A stretch of DNA of 64,000 bases from an uncultured bacterium (GTDB lineage: Bacteria > Chlamydiota > Chlamydiia > Chlamydiales > VFKH01): contig CAZQVA010000001.1 in NCBI GenBank assembly GCA_964596685.1, positions 64,881-128,880 of the forward strand. The letters are read 5' to 3'. The notes under the pieces were generated by a model. It was not told the origin of the DNA. It did no database searches and saw only the letters and a list, made by a program, of their open reading frames with translations. How positions within the stretch are numbered: the stretch's first letter is position 1; every line of letters starts with the position of its first letter. A program made the translations under genes and the position numbers. This document shows positions 33,751-43,800 of the stretch, piece after piece.

Positions 33751-35643
33751 TTAGAATAACCTCAAAATATCGTAATAGGTAACAAACAAAAAGAACCCAA
33801 TGATAAAGATGACAAAGGGGAAAATTAAACGTTCAAGCAATTTTGGATTAATGCGCTTTTTGGTGATCACTTCAATTAACCCAAGGACGATGTATCCTCC
33901 ATCTAGAACAGGAATAGGCAATAAATTCATTAGACCTAAGTTGATGCTAATGGCTCCCATCCAAAATACCGCTTCTTTAATACCGACAGACCAACCTTGC
34001 TGAATCACTTGAACGACCCCGATAGGACCAGAAAGCCATTTAGGATTTAGATTTCCAGAGAAAAGCGCCCCTAATGTATGCCAAATTTCCTCGCATACAT
34101 TGCCAAAAAGAACAAAAGGGTTGGGATTATATTCAACGCGCTGATCTTCTAAAAACACTCCGAGCAATAAACGATTCTGTGCTTGCTCATATATTTTCAA
34201 CTCGTAAGCTCTTTTTGCTGGGTCATTCTCTTGTGCGATCCTCTCTAATTGTGTTCGCATTTGCTGATCAAAAAGTTCCCTCTGTTCTTTTGTAAAGGAA
34301 AAATCTTTAGCCAGTCTTGGTTCAATTGGAGCTAACACGCTTAAATTATTTAGTGTTTTCAAGCCATCGGTGATTCCTATTTGACGCATGAGTTGTGCAA
34401 CCTTGCCACCCTCCAATAAGGCGTCATACTGCGTATCTGCATCGTGCCATGAGACAAGCGGAGGGAGTGCATGGTTATGCTCTACAATCACAACAACTTT
34501 CCTCGTTTGCAGTAATTTCATCATATCACTAGGAGAGCTCATCGGCGTATCATAGATCGCTTTAATGCGGTCACCCACTTGCAAAGGCGCACCAACAAAC
34601 GGAATAACCAATGATTTCCACCGTTCGTTCTCTTCTGGGTCTAGAAGTGAAAGCACCTCTTCTACTTCGTTGTTAGCAGATAAATTATAAGGTAAGACAT
34701 AGGCCTCTGAAAATGGCATCTCCATCTTTGTGTCGAAATACCAATCACTCATCTCTCCCTTTACTTGAGGCGTCAACTTTAAGTCTACTGTACGGCACTT
34801 TAAAGAAAGGTGAAGAAAACTTTCACTTCCTCTTTGTACCCGAATAAGAGCAACTGGTGCATTCACCAATTGACTTAATTGCTCTTGGGAAAAAAGCAGG
34901 TGACCATCAGCCCAAAGCAGGCGGTCAAGCGGTTTAAAACCCGCATCCTTTAACGGAGAACCGTTTGTCATGCCAGCAAAAAATAGGTAACTGGCGGGAT
35001 TTAATATCCCATACGTTTGCATCCCCTCGACACCATTTGCCAGTGGGTATGGATTAGCTGTCAAACTAAAAGGAGTTGCAGTATGTGTGTAATTGTTTAA
35101 CTTAATTCCTTGCAGGCGTAGAGGTTCCCCATCTAGTAAGGCCGTATACACCAATTCCTTAAATCCATGATATGTATGGCCATTATATTGTTGGAGCAAA
35201 TCACCTGGACGTACACCATCTTTCCATAATGTAGAATTGGGATCGAGATAGCCAAGGCGTTGGGTGTATTCAGAAAAAGGCTTTAAACGGCCACCAGAAA
35301 ACCACAGAGCGGCAAAAAACACCAGAGCCAACAACAGGTTAAAGAGCGGACCCGCGAATGCCACTTTAATGCGATCCCATGGACGTTTCGCATAAAACCC
35401 ATTTGGATCATATTGAGAAGGATCCATGGCTGCAATTTTGACATATCCTCCAAAAAGGAACCATCCCAATTGCCACTTAACCCCTTGAAATTCCCAGGAA
35501 TAGATAGGTCTTCCAAAACCGATACTAAAAGTATCTACTTTCATTCCTACGCGGCGCGCCATCCAATAGTGCCCCCACTCATGGATGAAAATCAATACCC
35601 CGATGCCAATGATTGCAAAAAATATCTGTACTATAGTTTCCAT
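33751..35643 (-). CDS. rseP: RIP (site-2) zinc metalloprotease RseP with PDZ domains
   Basis: 630 aa. HEWGHY (HExxH) lies in the first TM region, a C-terminal LNLLPIPVLDGG motif is present, and a long periplasmic PDZ-containing insert separates them. Confidence 0.92.
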   Translation of the reverse strand: METIVQIFFAIIGIGVLIFIHEWGHYWMARRVGMKVDTFSIGFGRPIYSWEFQGVKWQLGWFLFGGYVKIAAMDPSQYDPNGFYAKRPWDRIKVAFAGPLFNLLLALVFFAALWFSGGRLKPFSEYTQRLGYLDPNSTLWKDGVRPGDLLQQYNGHTYHGFKELVYTALLDGEPLRLQGIKLNNYTHTATPFSLTANPYPLANGVEGMQTYGILNPASYLFFAGMTNGSPLKDAGFKPLDRLLWADGHLLFSQEQLSQLVNAPVALIRVQRGSESFLHLSLKCRTVDLKLTPQVKGEMSDWYFDTKMEMPFSEAYVLPYNLSANNEVEEVLSLLDPEENERWKSLVIPFVGAPLQVGDRIKAIYDTPMSSPSDMMKLLQTRKVVVIVEHNHALPPLVSWHDADTQYDALLEGGKVAQLMRQIGITDGLKTLNNLSVLAPIEPRLAKDFSFTKEQRELFDQQMRTQLERIAQENDPAKRAYELKIYEQAQNRLLLGVFLEDQRVEYNPNPFVLFGNVCEEIWHTLGALFSGNLNPKWLSGPIGVVQVIQQGWSVGIKEAVFWMGAISINLGLMNLLPIPVLDGGYIVLGLIEVITKKRINPKLLERLIFPFVIFIIGFFLFVTYYDILRLF

Positions 35644-35741
35644 AAGATGGCGCGCCTTGTAAAATCGCTCTCATTATGCCCCCAATTAACAAAAAGGGGC
35701 AAGCAGAGTCTTGGTATTCCAGTAAAATAAGAACTCTTATC

Positions 35742-36704
35742 CTAAGATGAAAGTAGCTGTGTTTTCACACTCTTTTGGAGCCATGTTTTACACACAAGCG
35801 TTATTAATAATGCTGCAAGCAGGATTGAAACAGCCATACCAGCTGTCGAAATAGGCAAAGCGTAGTAACTCAACAAATGACGCGTTAGAGCAACGGCAAA
35901 GATACTGGCTAGAATCGCAATCATAACGGCTAATCCAATCATGCGAAATAAGGAATGTGTTAATAATTTTGCAATTGCTGGTGGAATAACTAGAAATGCT
36001 AGCACCATTAAAATGCCTAATGAAGAAAAACCTACCAAGCATGTAAAGGTGACTTGCAGCATCAAAAGCAAGTGGAACCAACCGACAGGAACACCTAGAC
36101 CAGTTGCAAAAGTTGCATCAAATGTCATGATGCGATAGGGCTGAAAACATAACCACACAATGATTAAATTTCCTGCAGCCAACCAACCGATGTGCTGGAC
36201 ATCACGCGTCGAAATGACATCAATGTGCCCCATGACTGATTCAATGCCAATATGTGCATTACGTGTAAAGGTAGAGGTCAAAATAATGCCTGCTGCAAAA
36301 AAGAGCGTAAACAAAAGACCAATCGCGGCATCTTCCTGTACTTTTAATACTCGATTGAGAAGATGAATAGATCCAATTGTTAAAAGAGCACTTACAAGTG
36401 CGCCTAAAAACAACCACTCCCCTGTCGCTTCTGTTGAAATTTTTAACCATGAGGGAAGTAAAAAAGCAATAATAACACCCAAAAGAAGCGTGTGAGATAA
36501 GGCATTAGCTACCATGGTCATGCGTCGCAAAACTAAAAATGAACCAACTACTCCACTAGAAATACTCAATCCAATTAAAGCCAATGCTTGCCAATCATCT
36601 GACCACAATTGATCTAAGGAAACTACTTGCAAAAGAAGGAGGACCATGTTTTTGATGAGAAGCCCTAATGCTTCAAAAAAATCAGCTCCTGAATAGGGAC
36701 TCAT
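35742..36704 (-). CDS. ytgD: Metal ABC transporter permease (ABC-3 family)
   Basis: 320-aa polytopic ABC-3/TroD-like permease. It is the last gene of a four-gene metal-uptake operon with the same order as chlamydial ytgABCD. Confidence 0.88.
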   Translation of the reverse strand: MSPYSGADFFEALGLLIKNMVLLLLQVVSLDQLWSDDWQALALIGLSISSGVVGSFLVLRRMTMVANALSHTLLLGVIIAFLLPSWLKISTEATGEWLFLGALVSALLTIGSIHLLNRVLKVQEDAAIGLLFTLFFAAGIILTSTFTRNAHIGIESVMGHIDVISTRDVQHIGWLAAGNLIIVWLCFQPYRIMTFDATFATGLGVPVGWFHLLLMLQVTFTCLVGFSSLGILMVLAFLVIPPAIAKLLTHSLFRMIGLAVMIAILASIFAVALTRHLLSYYALPISTAGMAVSILLAALLITLVCKTWLQKSVKTQLLSS

Positions 36705-37999
36705 TATGCCTCCCTTTTGGGAATCGGTTGTCTGTGGGGGTCATTTAGAGGATAGTCGAGAAGGCGATCGATTTCTTTTTCTAATTCAGGCGTTAAAAGG
36801 TGCTCCACCTCTTCTGCACTTACATGCACACGTTCCTTATGAACGCCAAGATCCTGCACAAGATACATTTCCCAAAGCCTATGCAAACGCACAATCCTTT
36901 TCGCTTCCTTAGTCCCCTGGAGAGTAAGAGAAAAAAGACCTTGGCCAAGGCATGTCACGTACCCCTTGCGACACATTCTTCTCAATAATTCTCGCAGCTG
37001 CAATCGATTCATCGCATGCAGGGAGTAAAGATGACGCATACTTAATGGAGTGGGGGATTTCCATAAGGCCTTTAAAAGATTTTCCTCTAAACAACGTCTT
37101 CGAAAGAGGTGTATGCGCCACCAGCGCATAACAATCCCCTGTTGTGGCGCAAAAAAAAGACTTAACAACGCTAAGAGACCTGCCACAATTACAATCGTAG
37201 GACCTGTAGGTAATTGCAAGGAAAGCGCTTCAGCTAAGTGTAATGAAAAAAGGTTCCCTATGCCTCCAGCAATTAGTCCAAAAAGCGTCGCAAAAATAAA
37301 CAACTTGAGAAGAGAGTGTGTCCACTGGCGCGCACTTAATGCAGGAGCAATCAACATAGCAGAGACGAGCACTAACCCAGCACACCGCATTCCAATCACA
37401 ATGGCGGCTACTAAAACAACATCGATGATCCAACCTAATATCTTTACAGGAAGACCAAGACTAGCTGCATAGTCTTTATCAAACAAAAAAAGCTCCAAGG
37501 GTTTGAAAAAAAGACCCACAATTATAATTACGAAGACTGTTAGCCCTAAATAAATCCAGATATGCAGATCTGTCATCGTTGCCGACTGACCAAAAAGGTA
37601 TAACTGCATTTGTTGGTAATGCAATGCAAAAGAACCTTGAATGATGCTCGCTAAAAGTACGCCAACTCCAAAAAAACTGGAAAGAATCAAACAAAGGGTG
37701 ACATCGGAAGAGATTTTAAAGCGCTCTTGCAACCATCGCATCAGGGCTAATGCGAGCAATGAAGCGATAAGAGCCCCCGCAAAAACAGCCAGCAACCAAT
37801 TTTCTTCTCCTTCCAAAGCAAGAGCGCCTACAAAAGCAACTGCCAACATCACACCGGGATAACAAGCATGAGAAAGTGTCTCTCCAATTAAGGAACGTTT
37901 TTTTACAAAAACTAACACCCCCACTAATGCCGTCACAATCGACATGAGCAATGTGCCCCAAAAGGGGCCTCGCCATAATGGATCAAAAAGTAAAATCAT
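36704..37999 (-). CDS. ytgC: Metal ABC transporter permease fused to a C-terminal DtxR-family repressor domain (YtgC-YtgR type)
   Basis: 431 aa. The first ~290 aa form an ABC-3 permease. The last ~130 aa (..LSMRHLYSLHAMNRLQLRELLRRMCRKGYV...RLHRLWEMYLVQDLG..VHVSAEEVEHLLTPEL) form a winged-helix plus dimerisation/metal-site region of DtxR/TroR type. Confidence 0.88.
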   Translation of the reverse strand: MILLFDPLWRGPFWGTLLMSIVTALVGVLVFVKKRSLIGETLSHACYPGVMLAVAFVGALALEGEENWLLAVFAGALIASLLALALMRWLQERFKISSDVTLCLILSSFFGVGVLLASIIQGSFALHYQQMQLYLFGQSATMTDLHIWIYLGLTVFVIIIVGLFFKPLELFLFDKDYAASLGLPVKILGWIIDVVLVAAIVIGMRCAGLVLVSAMLIAPALSARQWTHSLLKLFIFATLFGLIAGGIGNLFSLHLAEALSLQLPTGPTIVIVAGLLALLSLFFAPQQGIVMRWWRIHLFRRRCLEENLLKALWKSPTPLSMRHLYSLHAMNRLQLRELLRRMCRKGYVTCLGQGLFSLTLQGTKEAKRIVRLHRLWEMYLVQDLGVHKERVHVSAEEVEHLLTPELEKEIDRLLDYPLNDPHRQPIPKREA

Positions 38000-38772
38000 C
38001 CCTCAATATGTCCCGTTTCTACTTTTTGCGCTAATTTAGTGACTTCATCAAGAATCGAAGGATGACACCCATAAGTCTTTTGTAACATTTGAGGAGTAAA
38101 AACCTCACTGCAGGGTCCCGCAGCAACTAAGCGAATATTGAGAAGGATGAGCCAATCAAAATAATCGCGTACGGTATTGAGATCGTGGTGTACAAGAAAA
38201 ATGCTCTTTTTTTCCTCTTTTAATTGCTTTAAACGTGCAATGATCACTCTTTCGGAGGCCGCATCTACCCCTGCCATTGGTTCATCAAGGAGATATAACT
38301 CCGCGCGTTGCATTAAGGCGCGTGCTAAAAAGAGGCGTTGTTTTTGCCCCCCAGAAAGCTCATTAATTTGGCGATCTTTCACGGTATCAAGCTCTAATTG
38401 CTCTAACGCACATAGGGCTTCAGCCTTTTCTTCTTTGCTTGTCCAACGCCACCACGCATGGCGATGATACGCCCCCATGGTTACTAACTGCCATACTGTC
38501 ATGGGAAAATCCCAATCTACAGAATCTCTTTGCGGTACATAGGCGATTTTCTTTCGTATCTTATCAATGGGCTGTCCCCAGAAAAGAATGCGACCTGAAA
38601 TTGGTTCAAGCAATCCCATCAATGTTTTCAATAAAGTACTTTTTCCCGCGCCGTTGGGGCCAATAATTCCAACAATTTGGCCAGTAGGAATGGTGAAATT
38701 TAGATCCCAGATGACCGAGGTTTTATCGCGATTGACAGTCAACTGCTCAACAGTTAGTACATTATTTGACAT
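37996..38772 (-). CDS. ytgB: Metal ABC transporter ATP-binding protein
   Basis: 258 aa with Walker A GPNGAGKST, signature LSGGQKQR and Walker B LYLLDEP. Confidence 0.93.
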   Translation of the reverse strand: MSNNVLTVEQLTVNRDKTSVIWDLNFTIPTGQIVGIIGPNGAGKSTLLKTLMGLLEPISGRILFWGQPIDKIRKKIAYVPQRDSVDWDFPMTVWQLVTMGAYHRHAWWRWTSKEEKAEALCALEQLELDTVKDRQINELSGGQKQRLFLARALMQRAELYLLDEPMAGVDAASERVIIARLKQLKEEKKSIFLVHHDLNTVRDYFDWLILLNIRLVAAGPCSEVFTPQMLQKTYGCHPSILDEVTKLAQKVETGHIEG

Positions 38773-39754
38773 CTTGACTCCAATAAGAGTGCATTAACTG
38801 TCCATCGTAGAGAACCATTCCAGGATACTCACCGCTTAATTCACAGATAGGCCCCATCGCATCCCCATAAAGGGGCTTGTCAGCTATAGTCAATTCCAAT
38901 CCCTTTTTAGAAGCGGTGTCTAAAATTTTATTTAATGATGCACGGCTCACATTAGACTCAAAAAAGAGCACATGTACGTCATGCTGTTGCAACTGCTCTA
39001 TAAGAAGCGCTATTTGTTGCACACTAATTTGACTTTCAGGCGCCAACCCCTCTGGTGCCATACAACGCTCTTCCCATTGACCTGAAATACGTTCTTCAGG
39101 TGTTGCCAAATAGGCGCGGGTAAAATAACGAAAAGCATCATGACTTGTCACAAGGTAACGTTTGGCGGGCTGGATCGTTGACATTTCTGCCAGCAACTCA
39201 TGATGAGCTGCTAATAATTGTTTGGATAACAAATTTCCATTTTTCTCAAATTCCTCAGCATGCAAAGGGTCTAAAAGAGCACACTGTTCTACAATCGAAG
39301 GAATTGCCAATGCCCATAGCTCTAAATCCATCCACAGATGAGGATCACGTTGGCCATCTTGTATAATCAGCATATCGGGTTTTTGCTCAAGGATTTTATC
39401 TGCGATAGAAATAGCCTTAGTGTGCGATTTAAAATACTGCAACAGGGATGCCCCATGCTCCAAACCAGCGCCATTATAAAAAATCACATCTGCTCGCGCT
39501 AATTTTTCTCCATCACCCTTCACTAATTCGTAACTGTGCGGATCTAATTGATTATCGATTAAACAATGGACAGCAATAAATTCCTTACCAACTTGCTGTA
39601 CCAACGCAGCAATCATGCGCGTCGTGGTTAGAATGTGTGGTACTGAAGAGGGTTCCATCCATTTATTAGCATTTTGTGCATCAGGGCAAGAGCGGCAGGC
39701 AAAGGCAAGAAGGCATATAAAGAAGAAAATTGTGATTTTTTTTGATCGAGACAA
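38762..39754 (-). CDS. ytgA: Metal ABC transporter substrate-binding lipoprotein (TroA/ZnuA cluster-9 family)
   Basis: TroA-like SBP blocks are present (DPHSYEL, DPHLWMD, VTSHDAFRYF). I favour the TTG start at 39754 because it is preceded by GGAGG at 39760-39764 and yields the lipoprotein signal peptide M-SRSKKITIFFFICLLAFAC. The tracked ORF extends to the ATG at 39832. Confidence 0.85.
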   Translation of the reverse strand: MSRSKKITIFFFICLLAFACRSCPDAQNANKWMEPSSVPHILTTTRMIAALVQQVGKEFIAVHCLIDNQLDPHSYELVKGDGEKLARADVIFYNGAGLEHGASLLQYFKSHTKAISIADKILEQKPDMLIIQDGQRDPHLWMDLELWALAIPSIVEQCALLDPLHAEEFEKNGNLLSKQLLAAHHELLAEMSTIQPAKRYLVTSHDAFRYFTRAYLATPEERISGQWEERCMAPEGLAPESQISVQQIALLIEQLQQHDVHVLFFESNVSRASLNKILDTASKKGLELTIADKPLYGDAMGPICELSGEYPGMVLYDGQLMHSYWSQDVK

Positions 39755-39983
39755 AATGGCCTCCAAAAATAGCCTTGAGGCTTTTTTACGGGAAATTATA
39801 GTGATTATAGCATCTATAATATGCAAACACAATCAAAATGCATTGCAAAAATATCGATGGATAGATAAATTGACGCAAAATCTATTTGTTCGTTTTTGAT
39901 AATAATCAGGATCAATCAGTTTCCAAAGAGAATTTTTGGTGGAGCAAAAAAGAGATACTCACTATTAGCAAAAACTAAAAGTT

Positions 39984-40011
39984 TTAAGAGCCTTTTGTAA
40001 AAGGCTCTTAA
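39984..40011. promoter_or_regulatory. Perfect 13-2-13 inverted repeat in the divergent ytgA / His-tail-ORF intergenic region (candidate operator)
   Basis: TTAAGAGCCTTTT-GT-AAAAGGCTCTTAA. It lies between two divergently transcribed genes, so it cannot be a terminator for either. The adjacent operon encodes a DtxR-type repressor domain. Confidence 0.4.
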
Positions 40012-40112
40012 GGAAATGATGCTGGGTTTCAATAAAAAGATTGATTGATAAAACCCAAATAATGTAAATCCTTTAAGTAGGTTTTGCACGACTAGTAATT
40101 TACAGGAAGTAT

Positions 40113-40616
40113 ATGTCAACAAATTTGTCGATCGACACAATCATTCATAAGGCACTCAAAAAAATTAAAACTGAAGATGAAAATGAGCTTTGCCGCTATT
40201 TGCCCTCTAATAAGGGTGGATATATTCACCACTTTAGCTTTCGTAAACTCAAAAATAGAGATCCACAGGCACTAAAAGCCCTCATCGAAGAGCATGTATT
40301 GAACCCAGTAAGCCCTCAACCACTGCCAGCCAATACAAGAAACCCACGAGGATCTCGCAAAGGCAATCATGATATTCGCCTCTCTCAGTTCGACATCCAA
40401 AAATTGTGTATTCTTGCTAACCGCAGTGGAGATGCAGAAATGGCTGCCAAGCTAACTGCCAAGAGCCGCACTCCCGCTCAATTGCGCCGCGATCTTATGC
40501 GCAGCATCCGTGCTGGAGCATCCCTAGATGCACACCAAGTCAAGGCCTACAATCTGGCGCATGGTGGCGATGAGAAAGAGACTTCTGCAGAACACCACCA
40601 CCACCACACTGCATAA
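40113..40616 (+). CDS. Hypothetical basic protein with a natural C-terminal penta-histidine tail
   Basis: 167-aa ORF that ends ...GGDEKETSAEHHHHHTA and has Lys/Arg-rich stretches. I recognise no family motif. Confidence 0.55.
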   Translation: MSTNLSIDTIIHKALKKIKTEDENELCRYLPSNKGGYIHHFSFRKLKNRDPQALKALIEEHVLNPVSPQPLPANTRNPRGSRKGNHDIRLSQFDIQKLCILANRSGDAEMAAKLTAKSRTPAQLRRDLMRSIRAGASLDAHQVKAYNLAHGGDEKETSAEHHHHHTA

Positions 40617-40714
40617 TTCTAGCTCGAATTCTTTTGTTTTTTCCCTATTGTAATCTTAGCGCGCGTTTCTTTCTTAAGAAGCGCGTTGCTGCTTAAATCC
40701 CTGATTGAGCATAT

Positions 40715-40738
40715 TAGACTTCTTTCGAAAGAAGTCTA
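40715..40738. repeat. Perfect 24-bp palindrome
   Basis: TAGACTTCTTTCGAAAGAAGTCTA, located in the convergent intergenic region between the His-tail ORF and rpoC. Confidence 0.8.
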
Positions 40739-40771
40739 TTGGGGATAAACGTGAGTCCAAATTTACCGGAC

Positions 40772-40816
40772 AAAAAAAAACCCCCAAGAAGGCTTTTACC
40801 TCCTTGGGGGTTTTTT
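40772..40816. terminator. Bidirectional rho-independent terminator (rpoC on the minus strand, His-tail ORF on the plus strand)
   Basis: A9-CCCCCAAGAAGG-loop-CCTCCTTGGGGG-T6. The GC-rich stem is flanked by an A run on one side and a T run on the other, 31 nt beyond the rpoC stop. Confidence 0.85.
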
Positions 40817-40846
40817 GCTTATGCATTTTGCTTAGATTGCATTTGC

Positions 40847-43800
40847 TTAGTTGGCAGAAGTAAAGTCAAAGACCAAAGGCTCATCGAGCTCTCTTTCCAC
40901 CAGTCGACGAATCGCTAATGAATGCTCAAATCCTGTACCACTTGGGATTAGTTGTCCCATGATGATACTCTCCTTATGTCCACGACGCATATCTTGCTTG
41001 CCAGCACATGCAGCCTCTGTTAAGACACGTGTTGTATCTTGGAAAGATGCAGCTGACATGAAGGAATCGGTAGCCAAAGACGCTTTGGTAATCCCCTGAA
41101 GAAGTGGAGCTGCTTGCGCTGGCTTACCGCCATCTTCAAGTGTCTTACGATTTTCTTCATAGAATTCTTTTTTAGTGATCTCTTCACCAAAGAGCAATGT
41201 CGTATCACCTGGATCAAGAACACGTACTTTTTGTAGCATCTGGCGTACGATGATCTCAATGTGGCGGTCGTTAATATCTACACCCTGCAGACGATAAACT
41301 TCCTGCACCTGATTAACTAGGTACTTCTGAAGCTCACGCACTCCACAAATCTCCAAGATTTCATGAGGGACTACCAAACCGTCAGTTAATTGCTGACCTT
41401 TGATAACCAAATCACCTTGCTGAACAATCAAGTGCTTGTTGAGCGGGATGAGATGCTGCTCTTCCATACCTGACACTTCATCAATGACAGCAACAAGACG
41501 CTTATTTTTCTGTACGCCGCGCATGTGGACGGTACCATCAATTTTAGCGATCTCAGCAGCTTCTTTTGGCTTACGCGCTTCGCACAATTCAGCGACGCGA
41601 GGAAGCCCCCCAGTAATATCCTTTGTTCGGATAGCACCTTTAGGAAGGCGAGCTAAAAGATGTCCAGCGCTGACATACTGCCCTTCGTGCACGGAAAGAA
41701 TTGCCCCAGAAGGAATTGCATAACTGCCTACTACTTCTTTTTGGTCGCGATCAGCATAGATCACAATCTGAGGGTGTAATTCGCCGCGATGTTGCTTAAC
41801 GATTAATTCAGTTTGTCCCGTTTGTTTGTTCAACTGCTTTTCAGTAGAGATACCTTCTACAAGGTCTTCATACGAAGCATAGCCTGGTTGATCACAAATA
41901 ATTGGAATGTTGTGCTGCTCGCACTCTGCAATTTTTTGCCCAGCTTTGACGAGTTCACCATCTGCAATTAGGATCTTTGTGCCAAGCTCAACAGAGAAGC
42001 TCTGTAGAGGCTCAATTGATTTTGTTGCCAATAGACGTTTGTACTCGTCTAAAGTACGCCCTTCATTGCGTACAATATGAAGTAGACCGTTCTTGTTGAG
42101 AACAAGGTAATGTCCTTCATCATTGCGCACGATGCGTAGGTCGGCATATACCAAGATACCATCTTGAGCAACCAACAATTCCGGAGCAGTTCCAGCAGAA
42201 GCAATACCACCCACGTGGAAGGTACGCATTGTCAACTGTGTTCCAGGTTCACCAATCGACTGAGCACCGATAATACCAACAGCTTCACCCAATGCAACGA
42301 TACGTCCAGTAGCAAGGTTCATGCCATAGCAATGAGCACAAACGCCACGCTTACTTTCACAAGTAAGTGCTGAACGAATACGAACGCTTTCAATGCCTGC
42401 ATCATCAATTTTTTCAGCCTGTATTGCATTGATAATATCTCCAGCTCGAGCTAAAAGCTTGCTCTTATCTCCTGGTTGATAAATATCTTCGCATACAGTA
42501 CGACCGAAAATACGATCTTTGAGAGGCAGAATTTCTTCTTGGCCCTGCTTAATAGGAGCTACATCGATGCCATTCAGCGTCTGGCAGTCATGTTCCATGA
42601 CAATCACATCTTGTGCAACGTCCACCAAACGGCGAGTCAAATAACCGGAGTCTGCAGTTTTTAAGGCAGTATCAGCAAGACCTTTACGGGCACCGTGGGA
42701 AGAAACGAAGTATTCAAGAACCGTTAAACCTTCTCGGAAGTTCGATGTAATCGGCGATTCGATAATCTCACCCGATGGTTTAGCCATCAAACCGCGCAAA
42801 GCACCCAACTGCTTCATTTGGGAACGGTTTGTACGCGCACCGGAATCCATCATCATGTACAAAGGATTCAATGTGGAATTTTCAGGTTGCTTGATCAATG
42901 CTAAAAGATCATCAGCCAAACGTTCTGAAACTTCAGTCCAAATACCAATTGTTTTGGATTTGCGCTCCCCTTCGGTAATCACACCCTCGTGATACTGTTT
43001 TTTCACAACAGTGACTTTATCGTAGGCATCGGTGATAACTTGCGTTTTATTCTCAGGGACACGAACATCGCATATTCCCATTGAAATAGCAGCCTTAGTT
43101 GCTTCTGCAAAGCCCATATTTTTGACTTTATCAAGAAACTGAACAGTTGCTTCTAATCCAACTTTCTTATAGCACTCTAAAATCAACTGATTCATGCGCT
43201 TAGCAGGAAGGCTATAGTTCTGAAAGCCCAGCTCTTTTGGCACTAAAGTATTAAAGAGAACGCGCCCTGGGGTCGTTTCGATAATGCCATCTTTCAAACG
43301 CAATTTGATGCGCTCATGAATATGGATACCTCGACCTGAACTTTCCCAACGCTTACCACCAGCCACTTCTTTCAGTGTAGTTTCGATTGAACCTGCACCC
43401 AAAGCAAGCAACACTTCTTCAGTATCTCTGAAAACGCGCGTTTTCTTACCGTGATCCTCAGGAATATAAAGCGGATCACACATGAGATAATAAAGACCCA
43501 AAGTCATATCTTTAGATGGCACTGCAGAAGGTTTCCCTGAAGAGGGCAAGAAGATGTTATCTGGAGCCATCATCAAGAGTTTTGCTTCTAATTGTGCTTC
43601 GACCGACAAGGGCACGTGCACAGCCATCTGGTCACCGTCAAAGTCAGCATTGAATGCTGCGCAAACGAGCGGATGAACACGGATCGCTTTACCTTCAATC
43701 AAAATAGGTTCAAATGCTTGAATACCTAAGCGGTGGAGTGTCGGTGCGCGGTTTAAGAGCACTGGATGCCCTTTAATCACTTCTTCAAGAACATCCCATA

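Noticed and set aside
36706-37472. Plus-strand ORFs of 62-140 aa opposite ytgC
   Set aside because: They are antisense to a membrane-protein gene. Such GC-skewed hydrophobic genes commonly produce long spurious antisense ORFs.
39916-40140. 74-aa minus-strand ORF spanning the 28-bp palindrome
   Set aside because: It sits in an AT-rich divergent promoter region and overlaps the start of the plus-strand His-tail ORF. The translation is Leu/Phe/Lys-rich noise.
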